A DNA stretch of 64,000 nucleotides, from the NCBI GenBank assembly GCA_051362555.1, contig CM120649.1:2232001-2296000 (forward strand), written 5' to 3'. Below, one piece after another: positions 1 to 12,135 of the stretch. How positions within the stretch are numbered: position 1 is the first letter of the stretch; each line of letters begins with the position of its first letter. Origin of the DNA: Lingula anatina (Eukaryota; Animalia; Brachiopoda). The position numbers and the translations under genes are program-made. The notes beneath the pieces are model-generated. The model worked only from the letters and a program-made list of their open reading frames with translations, did no database searches and was not told the DNA's origin.

Positions 1-498
1 CACTTCAAAATGCAAAACTAAAGCAACAGGTCTAAGTCACATGGTCAGGTGACGTCAAAATAGCTAATGCCATCTAACAGGGGAAAGAATCAGCACGTGA
101 AGCTTTATCAAAATGGAACATTTTAATTCTTTTATTAGCACGACGAAGCTGTATGTAATTACCTTATACAAGACCACAGCGGAGGGATGAAGTCAATCCC
201 ATACAAATTTGTTATAAGGACTAGTCCATTTGCTATATTGTTTACACAGAACGGTGCTATTTGTGGTCTGCGTTTCTTAAAGTTGTCATTTTAACTGTTG
301 TTCAATGTATTATTTTTAGTTTTTGTTTCGGTTTTTGTAAAGCTTTCATTCATGAAAACCCAGTGCTTATGCTTCAACGATGTTAAATATTTTTATGCAT
401 TTCACCCGAAACCCAATATTTCTATTATTGTTATTATATTTTATATAAATTTATATTAATGTAAACGCGCCTGAATAACTTAATAAAAGGCAGCCCAC

Positions 499-886
499 CT
501 TTATAATTCACCCCCCTGTGGTGCGGCGTCCTAAATGTAAACATGTCTGGACGTCCGGCAAAGTCCGCCCCGTGCTTGACCAGCGCTTCCCTGATAACGC
601 CAAAGCCGTTCAAGACAACAACGGGGACCGTCCCGAAACGAACGCTGTATACATCGCCGTAGGTTTTCGCCCACCTGGTTAGTACAAGGTGAGCATTTCT
701 CCCAAGATATGGTAAGCAGCCCAATATCGGCAACCCCCAGGGGCCAGGGGGAAGGTTCTTCCTATGTTTTCGTCGGTAAGTTTGGAAAATCATGAAAATG
801 ACCATCGATACTAAGGTAAAGACAAGGAAAGTCCGAAGCGAGGTATAAAATACCAGTTCTTCCCAAAAGGTCTGAAGCGCGCCCAT
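499..886 (-). CDS. Cytochrome P450, clan 2 (CYP1-like N-terminus), first coding exon; rest of gene lies left of the window
   Basis: N-terminal membrane anchor, basic stretch RRKHRK, proline hinge LPPGPWGLPILG, then YGDVYSVRFGTVPVVVLNG...IREALVKHGADFAGRPD. Donor AAAG|GTGGGC ends the exon at 499 (388 nt, phase 1). The ORF tail 434-498 is intron read-through. Confidence 0.93.
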
Positions 887-2478
887 GATATTTTTCCAGT
901 GATACAGTATTGTTATAGGAATGGTATGCTGCTTTCACACTGGTTTTATACACGGACACTGACCAGTAAATCGCAAATCACGACCTTATTTTCCTTTTAA
1001 ATTCACTTGTAAAATGTACTCGTATATATCAACTACTGCCAACGCACCGCCTACTTTTACGTCACTCAGCTCGTAAACAGCGAATCATAACAGGTTTTTT
1101 AACTGACGCATATATTTAGTACGTTTGGAAAGCCATTTACAGTATATACATTGTCCATTTACAGTATTTACCTGTTTCGGATGACCTGCTGAAGTTTTAT
1201 AGTTACACAAATTACCATGTTTGTTGAACGTCCTGGCTTATGTGCATGACCAAGTAGAATCCTAGCAACTTGTTGACGAAATCACAGGCAAATTTATGTT
1301 AAATATCACGTCCCCGTTTTGGAGTGTAAAGAAACACGTTGGAAAATCGTCTCCCCTCAAAGATAATGCGGAAAAACATTGTTATGAGTTAATGCCGACG
1401 CGTCAAAAATACACGAGGGCGCATTTATTAATTTGCACCGCCCAAAAAAGGTGCCATTTGGTAAAGTTGTTAAAAACTGCTATTTCTTACGGACAACAAG
1501 TACATCCAAATAATAAATATAACGAAACAATCATTTAAATTTATTTTTGCATTTAAAAAAGCAGTTTTGAAGTGATAGTCATTTTTAAATTGCGAATAGT
1601 GAGAGCCAGGCATTAAAAAGAACTCAGTGTCAAAAGTACCATCCCAAGTAAAAGTTCAAAATAATTTGCTAACGGGCGGTCACCCGATTTGACATCGGTC
1701 GAAATATCATTAAGTGCCGTACTTTTCACTAGATAGATGACCTTGATGTTGTTGCCATTTTAAATCTACTGGATGACTAAAAACATTCACCCATACAGGA
1801 GTAAAAGTTCAAAACCAGTTTGAGGACGTTCATACAGTGTAACCGGTGCCCTGACACACAGAGTGCCTTGAAGCGTCACTTGATGTATTTACCATATCAT
1901 CGTCAACATATTATTTGGGTTGTGGTTGCTAAGAAAAATAACAATAATACCTTTAATAAATGGTTGAGGGTAGGATAATACATTTGCAAGTACTTTATAT
2001 TCACATATATCTTACTTACATCAAAGGTACTTCAGAAACAAAATTTCAGAAATATCATATTTATATGCTCCCTTACCGAAAGAGTGTTACCCTGCTTTAT
2101 TTATGTACATGTATGCTGTTAGAAGTGTACCCATTGATTTGGTTTTACTATTACGTGACATCTAGGCAGTCGATCATAGTGTAAATTTGAGGTATGGGTA
2201 GCAGAACATTGACCTACCTAGCTTGACTATTGAAATATCCCATCGCTAATGCTATTTTTAATGTGCAGTTTCTATGTAAGGGGGGGGGGGCATTTTTCAC
2301 TATGCAGTTGGCATAAGATGGAATTTTGACCCACCGAATTGTCAGAAGGTTGGTTTGTACAATAAGAACCAATTAAGGGTTAGACAGAATATCCTAACCA
2401 AACAGACACGTGGGCAAGTTTGTGTAGGTTAGGAAGGCGATCAATCTACCTGAAATTTAAAAGAGGGTCATGGCTGCT

Positions 2479-2639
2479 ACAGGCCCTTAGCCAAGGGGGG
2501 TTAGAAAGAACGGCCCCTTTGGCTGGGAAAAGGTCCACCCTGGGTAAACTTTGATCTAGGCACATGAAGTTTTTATGGGAAAAGGTCCACTTTTTCAGAA
2601 AAAGAACCCCCCTTTTGAAATTGCTGGCTACGGGCCTGT
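2479..2639. mobile_element. MITE with terminal inverted repeats
   Basis: ACAGGCCCTTAGCCA ... TGGCTACGGGCCTGT inverted ends. The internal sequence (GCTGGGAAAAGGTCC...TTTGATCTAGG.ACATGAAGTTTTTATGG.AAAAGGTC) recurs at about 5728-5851. Confidence 0.8.
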
Positions 2640-3737
2640 GCAGCTATATAACCTCGCGGTCAGGGAGTAATAACATCTAGACTCACATCAGTCTGATGAA
2701 GGTCTATGTCCAGGTTGGCCGTAAGTTAACGGAATGAAAACATTTTCAACATTCTGTCTGTTGAGACCTGTCTCACCTATCGCATTCAACGCCATCTTTT
2801 GATTTGATGGAACATTTTTAGACAGAAAATCATTTGCGAGAAAACACTCGTTCTTGTTTATTGATAAAAGTATTTTTTTTGAAATATCAAAAAGTACATT
2901 CATGTACATGTATAATGACTCACGTATGATATCATAAAACATTCGCTTTATCTTTTGTGCCGTAAGATAAAGAATCACGCAGTTAAGGCTTTGCTGATTA
3001 AGACATACGTTAACCACTAACGTTGACAAATTGTATCATATTCATTGAGACTAGTCTGGCAAGACTAGACTAGACTAGACTTATCTGTTGTCATCAAATA
3101 TATGATCGAGGAAGTAATACCCCTACAGTTGAAAAGGACGTTTATTTAAATGGAGAATTGCCAAATGAAAGTCGTTTGATATTAAGACAGGGTAACACAC
3201 GGTGTAGTTCTTCTTAACATACAACTATAGGTAATTTGTTTGGTTAAGGGAAAAATGTGAAAAAGATGTGATTGGCGTACGTTAACATAATCATTGACGT
3301 AAGGAAAATTCGTTAACTGATATATTTTGTGCTAGGATCCCACAAACGCTCTCCTTAAAAGAATTAAAGCCGTTTAACTGGATGTTTTGCACAGATGATT
3401 CCTCATTTTGAATCGAAAAAAAAAAAGAGCCTATGTATGTGATTAGTTTTTAGTGGACGCCTGTCTCGATCTATATGCGTTCGGGCTTAATTTTGGATCT
3501 CTTGTTCGACAGTTCTGGAGACATGGTTATACATGACAGAAAAAAAAATGAGAGAATTTGGCTTCTATTTCTAGACGCTTTTTTCTATGTATAGGGATAC
3601 ATTATGTTACTTACATATTGAAAAATACTTAATTATTATGAAGTTAAGTATTCGAAAAACAGATCGTAGTTTTTGAATAGGACGTAAAATATGTATTGGT
3701 GCCATTTCGAAACCCTGGATAATCTGCTTAGCCTAAA

Positions 3738-3956
3738 AGCTCATTCCCATTGCAACTCTCGGTCTACACAGATCGATCTAACTCCGCGGGTCTCCGGCTG
3801 GATGCAAGCGGATTAACAGAAAAACGCGCTTCCTCCTGTTCCCAATGTTTTCTACTCAACACCAGGAGGAGGCGTGTTAAACTGATTGCATTCAGCGAGA
3901 GTCCCTGCTGAGTTGGCTCGATCTACGTAGACCGATAGTTTCATTGGGAATGAACC
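3738..3956. mobile_element. MITE, 'GATCGATC' family
   Basis: Ends GCTCATTCCCA / TGGGAATGAACC with long imperfect inverted arms. Related copies at 20211, 54624, 56429, 57218 and 58607. Confidence 0.8.
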
Positions 3957-4497
3957 CTTACAGGCCCAAGTACCTGCAAATCCCGCCCTTGACTTACACA
4001 GAATGGTCCCACTTAACAGGTTAAGGAGGTCAATATCGATTTCTGTCGCATTTTTTCTTTTCTCCACGTGTCAGAGTTAACAAAAGCGTTTAACTGGATA
4101 CTGTGATCGGATTTGTAAAGGGTCCTATTACTCGTGCCTTTTTGACAAGCGCTCGCGTCAGGGTGGCATAGCTGATGAGCAGAGCCAAGGGTGAATTCAC
4201 ACGTATAGCTCCTGAGACGGGTTTCAAAGAAAATGACCCCAAAGTTTTTTCTTATATTTAAGACACCCCCTCCCAAAAAAGATCATTATGTTAATTGTAA
4301 TAAAAACGATTAATAAATAACAATAAATGAGGTAAAATTAAGTCAATCCACTGCAGGGATATTAGATACAAACATGACGTCAGTTTAACAGAAAGAAATT
4401 AAGTCAAAGCTTATACTGAAGACCAAAAGTTGAATTTTATGGAAAACTACCACCTTATCCCGAGTTAAAATAGTCTTTTCATTAAGAAAACTGTTGG

Positions 4498-4569
4498 TAT
4501 AAAGATCATTTGTGAAACCGTATACTCCGGGACAATTGTCCTAAGGCATACAGACAGACAGAGGTGAGT
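4498..4569 (+). promoter_or_regulatory. Candidate TATA box and short non-coding first exon for the Cys-rich peptide gene
   Basis: TATAAA at 4498-4503 and a consensus donor GAG|GTGAGT at 4564, about 1 kb upstream of the peptide ATG. The link to that gene is inferred and no clear acceptor was found. Confidence 0.35.
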
Positions 4570-4601
4570 GGTTTCAGTGCGGGTCCACTTGCCCCCTCCC
4601 C

Positions 4602-4644
<43 letters not shown>
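4602..4644. repeat. (AC)n microsatellite
   Basis: Direct reading. Confidence 0.95.
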
Positions 4645-4646
<2 letters not shown>

Positions 4647-4654
4647 ATAACTTA

Positions 4655-4912
4655 GGCTTCGTTCACATGGAATGTCTATTTTCTAAAAATCTATTTTCTA
4701 TTCGCGCTATCTTATGATCACGGTCTGTGCCCTGAATATTCCGCCGCGTAATTACTGGCAGCGCGAGCCAGTTACTTATAGTAACTTATAGTAACTGGCT
4801 CGCGCTGCCAGTAATTACGCCGCGGGATATTCAGGGCACAGACCGTGATCATCCGAGATACCGCGAATAGAAAATAGAATTTAGAAAATAGACATTGCAT
4901 GTGAATGAAGCC
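4655..4912. mobile_element. Near-perfect palindromic (fold-back) MITE
   Basis: GGCTTCGTTCACATG...CATGTGAATGAAGCC; the arms pair over nearly the whole length. A second family member lies at about 62949-63172. Confidence 0.9.
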
Positions 4913-5571
4913 TAAGTATCCAACCAACCAGCCCTGCCTCTAGGTAACTATACGCACTCAGAACGACTCTCTTTACCTGAAAAACAATCTACCTTGTATA
5001 GTCTGAATACGCAATGTTACCAAAGGTTCGTAGTGCTGTCCACTGCATGTTGTCAGCAATAACGAGGTCTGGGGGAAGAAATACTATTCATCTTATCCAG
5101 TGCTATTTTATTTGATTTTATTATTAAAGCTGGGCGAAGATAGAGCAGTCCTCCACGGCTGAGTTGTAAATGCGCCTTTTGGTATTCCCGTTCATATGTA
5201 TTTAGTCTGATACCTTGATGACGCATGTAGGTAATGGACGAAGCGAGGTGATGCATTTCACTGCAGCAGCAACAACGTTCATCGCTCACATATTCGAACT
5301 TTTTCTATTTGTAAAATGTTAATGTAAAAGAATTTGTTGAGAAAGGGGGTCATTTCTTATCTTATTAGGCTACGTTTTTCCTTATTTTTCGATACCTGTG
5401 TGTTGGGAGAGAGGGAGGGCGTGATAAGCTTATGACTTCTTTCATAAAAAAATGTAAAGAGATCTTACCCCCGTCTGTCTGTATATATGTATATTAAAAC
5501 ATCTGTCTTAGATATATTTCTATATACTCTCTTATTTTTTTACTACGGTTTCAATGACGGAGAAAGTAACC

Positions 5572-5665
5572 ATGTCTCTAAGTCGTAGGACTCACTTTCT
5601 TCTTGCTCTTCTAATATTAGATCATATTACGCAAGCCGACTTCAATATAAAGCGCTGCAGGTTCT
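5572..5665 (+). CDS. Putative small secreted cysteine-rich peptide, coding exon 1 (signal peptide)
   Basis: MSLSRRTHFLLALLILDHITQA-DFNIKRCRF: basic N-region, hydrophobic core, T-Q-A cleavage-type site. In-frame upstream ATG at 5554. Phase-1 donor T|GTTAGA at 5666. Confidence 0.65.
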
Positions 5666-5727
5666 GTTAGATTCGGACCATTTTCTTTTTTCATTCTTTT
5701 TCTCCCTTTTCCTTTTGTTTATTTATC

Positions 5728-5851
5728 ACATGCCCGAAGCCAGGGGGTTCGGGGGGGGGGGGCGTTCGAAAGAACTGCCCATTTTGCTGGGAAAAGGTCC
5801 GCTTTGGGTAAATTTTGATCTAGGTACATGAAGTTTTTATGGTAAAAGGTC
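5728..5851. mobile_element. Truncated copy of the 2479-2639 MITE inside the peptide-gene intron
   Basis: Close sequence match to the first roughly three-quarters of 2479-2639; right TIR missing. Confidence 0.75.
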
Positions 5852-5960
5852 TATATCTGCCTTTTCACATACACATCTTTTTTCATTAGTTGGTAAATTA
5901 GAGTTTTTTGTCGACCTTACACTTGTTCATTTTTTCTTTCCTTTTTGGGGTGTTTTTCAG

Positions 5961-6097
5961 ATTCAGGATGTCCTCGTACGTGCCCGGAGCCCGACCTTAA
6001 AGAATGTGAAGCATCTGGTGCGCACTGGAAGGACAAGGTGAATGGAAACAGTTGCCTTCGATTTCCCGAAAAATGGCTAATATGTGTAATATTTTAA
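5961..6097 (+). CDS. Putative small secreted cysteine-rich peptide, coding exon 2
   Basis: Acceptor TGTTTTTCAG|. The phase-1 frame reads (Y)SGCPRTCPEPDLKECEASGAHWKDKVNGNSCLRFPEKWLICVIF*. AATAAA follows at 6125-6130. Confidence 0.7.
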
Positions 6098-6124
6098 TGA
6101 CTGGCTTCGCTGTTGAACAACATC

Positions 6125-6130
6125 AATAAA
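6125..6130 (+). terminator. Polyadenylation signal of the peptide gene
   Basis: AATAAA 28 nt after the TAA stop. Confidence 0.55.
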
Positions 6131-7207
6131 ACATACTTTAAAAATTTTACCAAAGAGGAAATATTTGGTGATTTTCTTAAGTAGAATTCAAGAGTTTTTT
6201 TCTTTTGAGACGATTACAAATGAGTTATTCAGTGCAAGAAGAAGAAGAAGAAGAAATAGAACATGGCTGAATGAATAATACATTTAAGTTGTTTAAAGTT
6301 TTTTTTTTTTTTTTTTTTTTTTTTTGCAATGGATAATGTAAAAAATAAAAATGATGTGCTGGGCACATTAAAAGTCAATAAAAAACGGCTAATTATCAAC
6401 TCATGGATTTCCATGCCCAATATCCGGGATGGTTTTTCTACAAACAAAATAACCAATTACTCTTTTTCCTTTTTGCTGCGTTTTGTCGGTGGCGATGTTT
6501 TTTTTTAGTACGGTCAATCAAGCCAGACGTAAACAAAGAAAAAATCTAAAATCTGAACACATAATTTTGCATTCTTTTTGTCCTTGTAGCATTATAATAA
6601 ATAACACGTGGCGATCAGGGAAAACCCCCCTTGAAGTTTCAGAATTCACGATTTGTTTTAGTGCCGTTTTACGGAAAAGGATATGATTGATTCCACATGC
6701 TGGGGATTGGTACAGTTCCGATCAATAAAGTTGGATCCACATAGTTTAAAACACGGGTTTCGGGAGCATTTTCTGTGTTTCCATAATTTCTTGCGCTGCT
6801 GTAGAAACTTCCAATCTGTACTCGCCTGTAATAAACACAATTGAAATATATTGACCTAATTTTCTCTTCTTGTTATCAAACATATGGGATTCCTTGAATG
6901 CGAATGAAACTGTTTTATTAACTTCCCACCACCAGACACGTGTATAAACATGAAATATGAAGGAATAAAACGGAGTATAAAACATAGATGACTTAAACAA
7001 TTCAAAGCAAAGAAATTCACAATATGGTATTTCGACAAATTTTGATAGTTTTCTCAAGATTGTGTACTCAGATGTTATTACCATTTTCTATTAATGTGAT
7101 ATTTTATTCCATCTGGAACACATGTTAGAATATACATAGAACAAGAGATTTTCCCCTGTGATTCACTTGTTCAGATTTGGACCGGTTTGAAGGCCATGAT
7201 AATGTGA

Positions 7208-7236
7208 AGAGAGAGAGAGAAAGCCATGAGAGAGAG

Positions 7237-7268
<32 letters not shown>

Positions 7269-7299
7269 AAGCGAGAGAGAGAGAGAGAGAGAGAGAGAG
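7208..7299. repeat. Interrupted (AG)n microsatellite
   Basis: Direct reading. Confidence 0.95.
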
Positions 7300-7733
7300 G
7301 ATAACGATGGGTGAAAAATGGGAAACAGAGCACTTATCAAAGGTAGCACATTTTCCACAGGAAGCAAGGTAATATCTTTAATAAAGATTTATCAATGCTA
7401 AAAGTCTTTCCGAAGGCAACCTGGGATGAAACCTTTAAGTACCCTTGCATCAAAGTTTCTCAGCGTCTAATAAATCTCTGCAATGAAGATGCATCGTGTA
7501 TTATATTGCCAATGTTGCATTTTGTTAATGAATGTATGTTCGCAGACCATTCGACCCTTCGCGTTCAAGGGAAAATAAGATTAAAAAACCTTACACCTTT
7601 TGAGGAAGCTCCACCGCCGGTATTGAAGAAACAAGTACGGGGAGGGGGGGGGCGGAGGGGGGGGGAGCGGGGAGGGAGGGGGATCTCTCACCCAAAGACT
7701 TGTTTCTAGTGGAGGTGGAACGACCTAGCTTAA

Positions 7734-7950
7734 GTCCCCTTTACATTGGACGGCGTCCTTTCTGGGTCCCGGAGCTCGGATCCGTTTGAGAGTAAAAAGA
7801 TACTTTACGCGCCGACAATGTGGCCGATCACTGAGCATTCATTCCTGCAACCAAAGAGCTGCTTGTTCCTCCTTTCTACGATCACAATGATGCCAGTTTC
7901 ATGGACGCACATATGTCGCAGACCTGACGCCGTCCAATGTAAAGGGGGTT
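7734..7950. mobile_element. MITE with 22-bp perfect inverted repeats
   Basis: CCCCTTTACATTGGACGGCGTC (7736-7757) and GACGCCGTCCAATGTAAAGGGG (7926-7947). Confidence 0.8.
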
Positions 7951-9553
7951 TTACAACTCACTATATCCACAGATTATTTTGTGCCTATTTCACAAATAAA
8001 AATAAAGAACTGTCCGAAAGTTTGTGATAGCTTTTAGACCACATTTTAGTCTTCTGTTACCCAATTAAAACTAGTGGTGTTTCAATAAGCTGAACTAAAT
8101 AGTGCACCTGTTTTATAACAAGGAAAATATTGCTACTGTTTAAGGTAATTGTTTTCAAGACTAGACTTGAGACTTCCAATAAAATAATCATTCATAAAAA
8201 TTATTCAGTTTGTGATTTAATATTTATCTATCTATAAAATGCAAGCTTTCAAATATTTGGAAAAATATGATACATTTGTTAGCATGACATCAGAGCCTCA
8301 TGCTACATCGCGTGACTGTATTTTCACAATGCTTTCTGACTTCATCATTTTTTTAATCAAGTTTACCCGAACGGTTCTAAATCTGTGTCGAAGTAACTGG
8401 TAAGACAATAAGGTTTTTATCTTTAAAAGAAACTCAACACCAGGCAGTGTAATCTGCCAAGTAAGACCAGTGGCCAGTGTAATCTATGTGATAAAAAGCC
8501 TTTTTGCACCATTTATTTCGAGGTTGATCCATGTGACTGCGTGTGAACGAGCCTTTTACCGCAGCTCCTATGTTTGAACCGAAAATGTCATTTTTGCCCC
8601 GGAGCTGTCATATTTGACCACGGTCATCCCCGGCCACTAAAGGACAGTAATGACCCTCACAGCTGATGACCCTCGAGACCAGACCGGTAATTTATTTTGT
8701 CACATTTTTTTAACTTGGAGATAATGATCTAAAAAGACTGAAATAGAAATAAAATGCTCATTTCAACATATAATTTATCACGAACGTGATGCTAAAGGAC
8801 AGAAATAGACATAAAATGCATCATTTTGACATCGGATTATCATCTTCCGCATAGTAAATTGTCACAGGGTCTACGATGTTGATGCATTTTTTACATTCCA
8901 AAAATAATAAAAGCAATTTTCTACAGGGGGGATGTATATACATTTCTTTGGCGTGATATATATTTGCCGATATACATGTATATTTTCATTTGGAAAAACT
9001 GAACAAAATGAGAAAAAAATGGAAAAGCAGACTACATGAATGAAACGCAATTTTGAACGGGAAATAAATTTTGGGTCATTTGGTTTGAAATAATTGGCAA
9101 GACAGTTTCACAGAAGAAATGACCTAAATAAAAATGAAGTAAATTGAAGTTGAACAACTGTCTTTGCAGAAATCGGTGGCTGTTTGCAGCACACAGTTTA
9201 TAGAAAATTATATAACCTCCCCCCCCCCCCCACAAACACATCTGTAGCATTTATGGCCTACTACATGTAGTATGTTCACACACACACCTATCCCTTGTAT
9301 TCCCCGCCGTTACCTGCCATTTGTCACCCGAACATGAAAGAATTAGGTTAACTCTTGCTAACATTCACATTTCTATCTATAACTACAAAAGGTGGTGTGC
9401 CTAATATTTATTATGATCTTTATTCTATATTTATGGGACTTATTTATTTGTCATCATATTTATTTATTTATTTATTTATTGTAAAAGAGTAAGGAATAAC
9501 AGGGGTTTCATTAAAGGGTTTTTAATTGTACCGTTTAGTCCCGCAAATGCCAA

Positions 9554-9593
<40 letters not shown>

Positions 9594-11430
9594 ACTCGAT
9601 CTATCAGATGCATGCGCGCACGTATTCAAACACACATCTAAATACACAACATCATCAACATCAACAACAACAGAAACTAATAGTTAAATGAAAAATGTGT
9701 GAGGAAATCTTTTGTTTTCAAGAAACATCTGTTATTTCCCACCCTCCGCGTCACAGCTCGTAAATTTCAGCGTTTGTCATAAAAACACAATGTTAAGTCC
9801 ACGAAACCCGGTTAAACTCTCTTTAAACTCTCCCCTCAGTGACACTTCACTAAACTTGACAACCGACCGACACTAACGCAGCAGGGGCCGAGTAAGAAAA
9901 CTCTTCAATAATACAGCTATGTCCATATTTCTTCTGTGGGCTATTTTACACGTCACGTTCCCCGCCGTACGAATAGGTGCCTCACGTGCCACCCATTCTT
10001 GGCATACCACGCGAAGCTCGAGCTGCGCCGGTCGCGCGTGCTACGTCACGCTATTGTCTTGCGGTTGCATTATTTATTCCAAAAGGCAGTTTATTACGGA
10101 ACCCAATAGAGTTGATTGATTTGTTGGTGATGTATAAACACGGTAATATTTTCATGTGAAACTGATGGGCAGACACGCGGTTTTAACATAAAAATTGGGA
10201 AAAGGATGGCTTAAGCCGATTTATTTACTTAATTATACTTATAATTGTAGGAAAAATGTGGAGCAGAAAATTATATAGAAAAAAAGACTTCCTGGAAATT
10301 AAACTACTTGGTTACATAAATTGCGAATATATAACTATGGATTCTCTAATTTCTTGTCAACTTCTTGTCATTTTTAGTCATTTATGAAGTTTTCATTCAA
10401 TTCATTAACAAACATACAAAAATATATGAGGCTTGTAAGGGGAAATTACTTTAAACATATATTTCCCACTGTGATATAATTATACATTTGATGACATTAT
10501 CCAGAGAGAGTAGGACACGATCTTTCCATGTTTTCCTCCACGCCCATGTTGAATGTAGATCAGTGTAGATACCCAAGTTTTCCTTCTTATCTGGGCACTT
10601 GAAATGCCACCACTTGATGAATAAATCCGCCTGTTGTTTGTCTTGTTTTTCTTCATAAAACAAGGGTGAACTGCGTGTTAGGAAACATTAGAAATAATGT
10701 AATGGTTGTTCAACAATTTTGGCCCAGTGTAAGTAACTGGTAGAACAAGAGGAAGTGAAAAATGAGGAGATATAAATAGTTTTTTTTCATGTCAGGGTTA
10801 AGTGTAAGCGTTTCATTCAGATATTTGTTGTCTTTTCTTGCGTTCATGTCTTTACAATGGCGTATGCACGTGCTCACGACTACATGCGCTCGCACTCGCA
10901 TGGCGGAATCATAGACGTCGTGCAGCGTCACTTATTACAGCTAAGATGTATTGGACCAACGTGGACATATTTCTGAAGTGCAGACCCCCCACTTTTGCAC
11001 TCGGTCATTTCGCATAACGTCATCATGAAAAATGGAGATATTTCACGCCACACTATAAACATGTATATAAAGAGACTTTAACAAGTTCCTCTACTTTAAA
11101 TAACGTTCAACAATTTCAATATTTAGGAAGAGCGAAATATCCAATAGAACTTTTAAGTATAACAGCAACTATCGGTTTCAGTTTTGGTGTATTTTGTTAA
11201 GAGGAGGAAGGGAAAAGTTAATTAAGAAGACCTTTCAAGTCGCAAAAATAATACGACAGGGGAGCGTGTAACCTGTTAAGTTCTACACGTAGGTGAGGTG
11301 AAGGTATGACGTATTACTTATTAGAATCTTGTTGTCTTTCTTTCTTTTTTTATGATGTATTTCAGTGATTAAACTGTTCAGTTCTGCGATATGTGCGTTT
11401 CTTTCCATATTTTGAAGTTAAGTAAGAGAA

Positions 11431-11614
11431 AGGCCGCATTCAGAACATTGTACTACAGTGTACCTAGTCCGAGGGTCAAATTTGACGACCCACTAAAAAG
11501 CTTGCCGTCTAATCCGCTAATAGACACTGAATAGATATCCCGTAAGGAAGTATTCAAGTGGGCAGGCCATATTTGACTCTCGGACTAGTTAGTGGATTGT
11601 TCTAAATGCGGCCT
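11431..11614. mobile_element. MITE
   Basis: AGGCCGCATTCAGAACA ... TGTTCTAAATGCGGCCT inverted ends. A right-end fragment recurs at about 20440-20490. Confidence 0.75.
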
Positions 11615-11899
11615 AAGAAGCGGTCGAATATCTCGAGTATGGCAGATACTGCGGATAGACAATCATGGAAAAAAGAATATCAGATAAGCAGACTGGGATG
11701 CAATTTCATTATATGGCAAAGGCGCCTTTCCCTTAAAAGTGCTAGGTTATATATCCTGAACAGGCGAAATACCTCTTTTTTCGTAATAGAACCAGACGGT
11801 CATCAGATCGTCGGGTCAAAGGTCGTGCCAGAGCCCGCGCGACGAACCTCGTAGTGACAAGTATCAAGTGACGTATCACCACAGACAAGAAAATTGCTG

Positions 11900-12135
11900 C
11901 AGGTAAATCGTCACGAAATAAGACGATCATTTTAAAAAAAGAAACGCCCCCGCAAGACAGCAAGCGACAGACTTAAGCGGGAAGGGATACTTTTATTTCA
12001 GTTTACGAGAGATTATCGGCAGCGACAGGTCCTTGAAGACATTTCTACATCTTGCAGCGAAAGAGGCATTTTTGAAAGGACACTTGTACTTCAGAGATGT
12101 TTTAAATCTGAGCGGCTCCTTCGACGAAACCTAAG
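11900..12135 (+). other. Candidate 5'-UTR exon of the Ig gene (start approximate)
   Basis: Consensus donor AAG|GTAAGG at 12136 after a CpG-containing stretch. No transcript evidence. Confidence 0.3.

Noticed and set aside
434-498. C-terminal part of the 150-aa P450 ORF
   Set aside because: It lies past a GT donor and reads through AT-rich intron sequence.
2970-2985. Possible AhR/XRE site (GCGTG core) upstream of the P450
   Set aside because: Single 5-bp core with imperfect flanks, expected by chance.
5661-6000. Alternative readings of the peptide locus (donor at 5661, or unspliced ...KRCRFC*)
   Set aside because: They give short products and leave the Cys-rich frame and its poly(A) signal unexplained. 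Disfavoured, but not excluded without RNA data.
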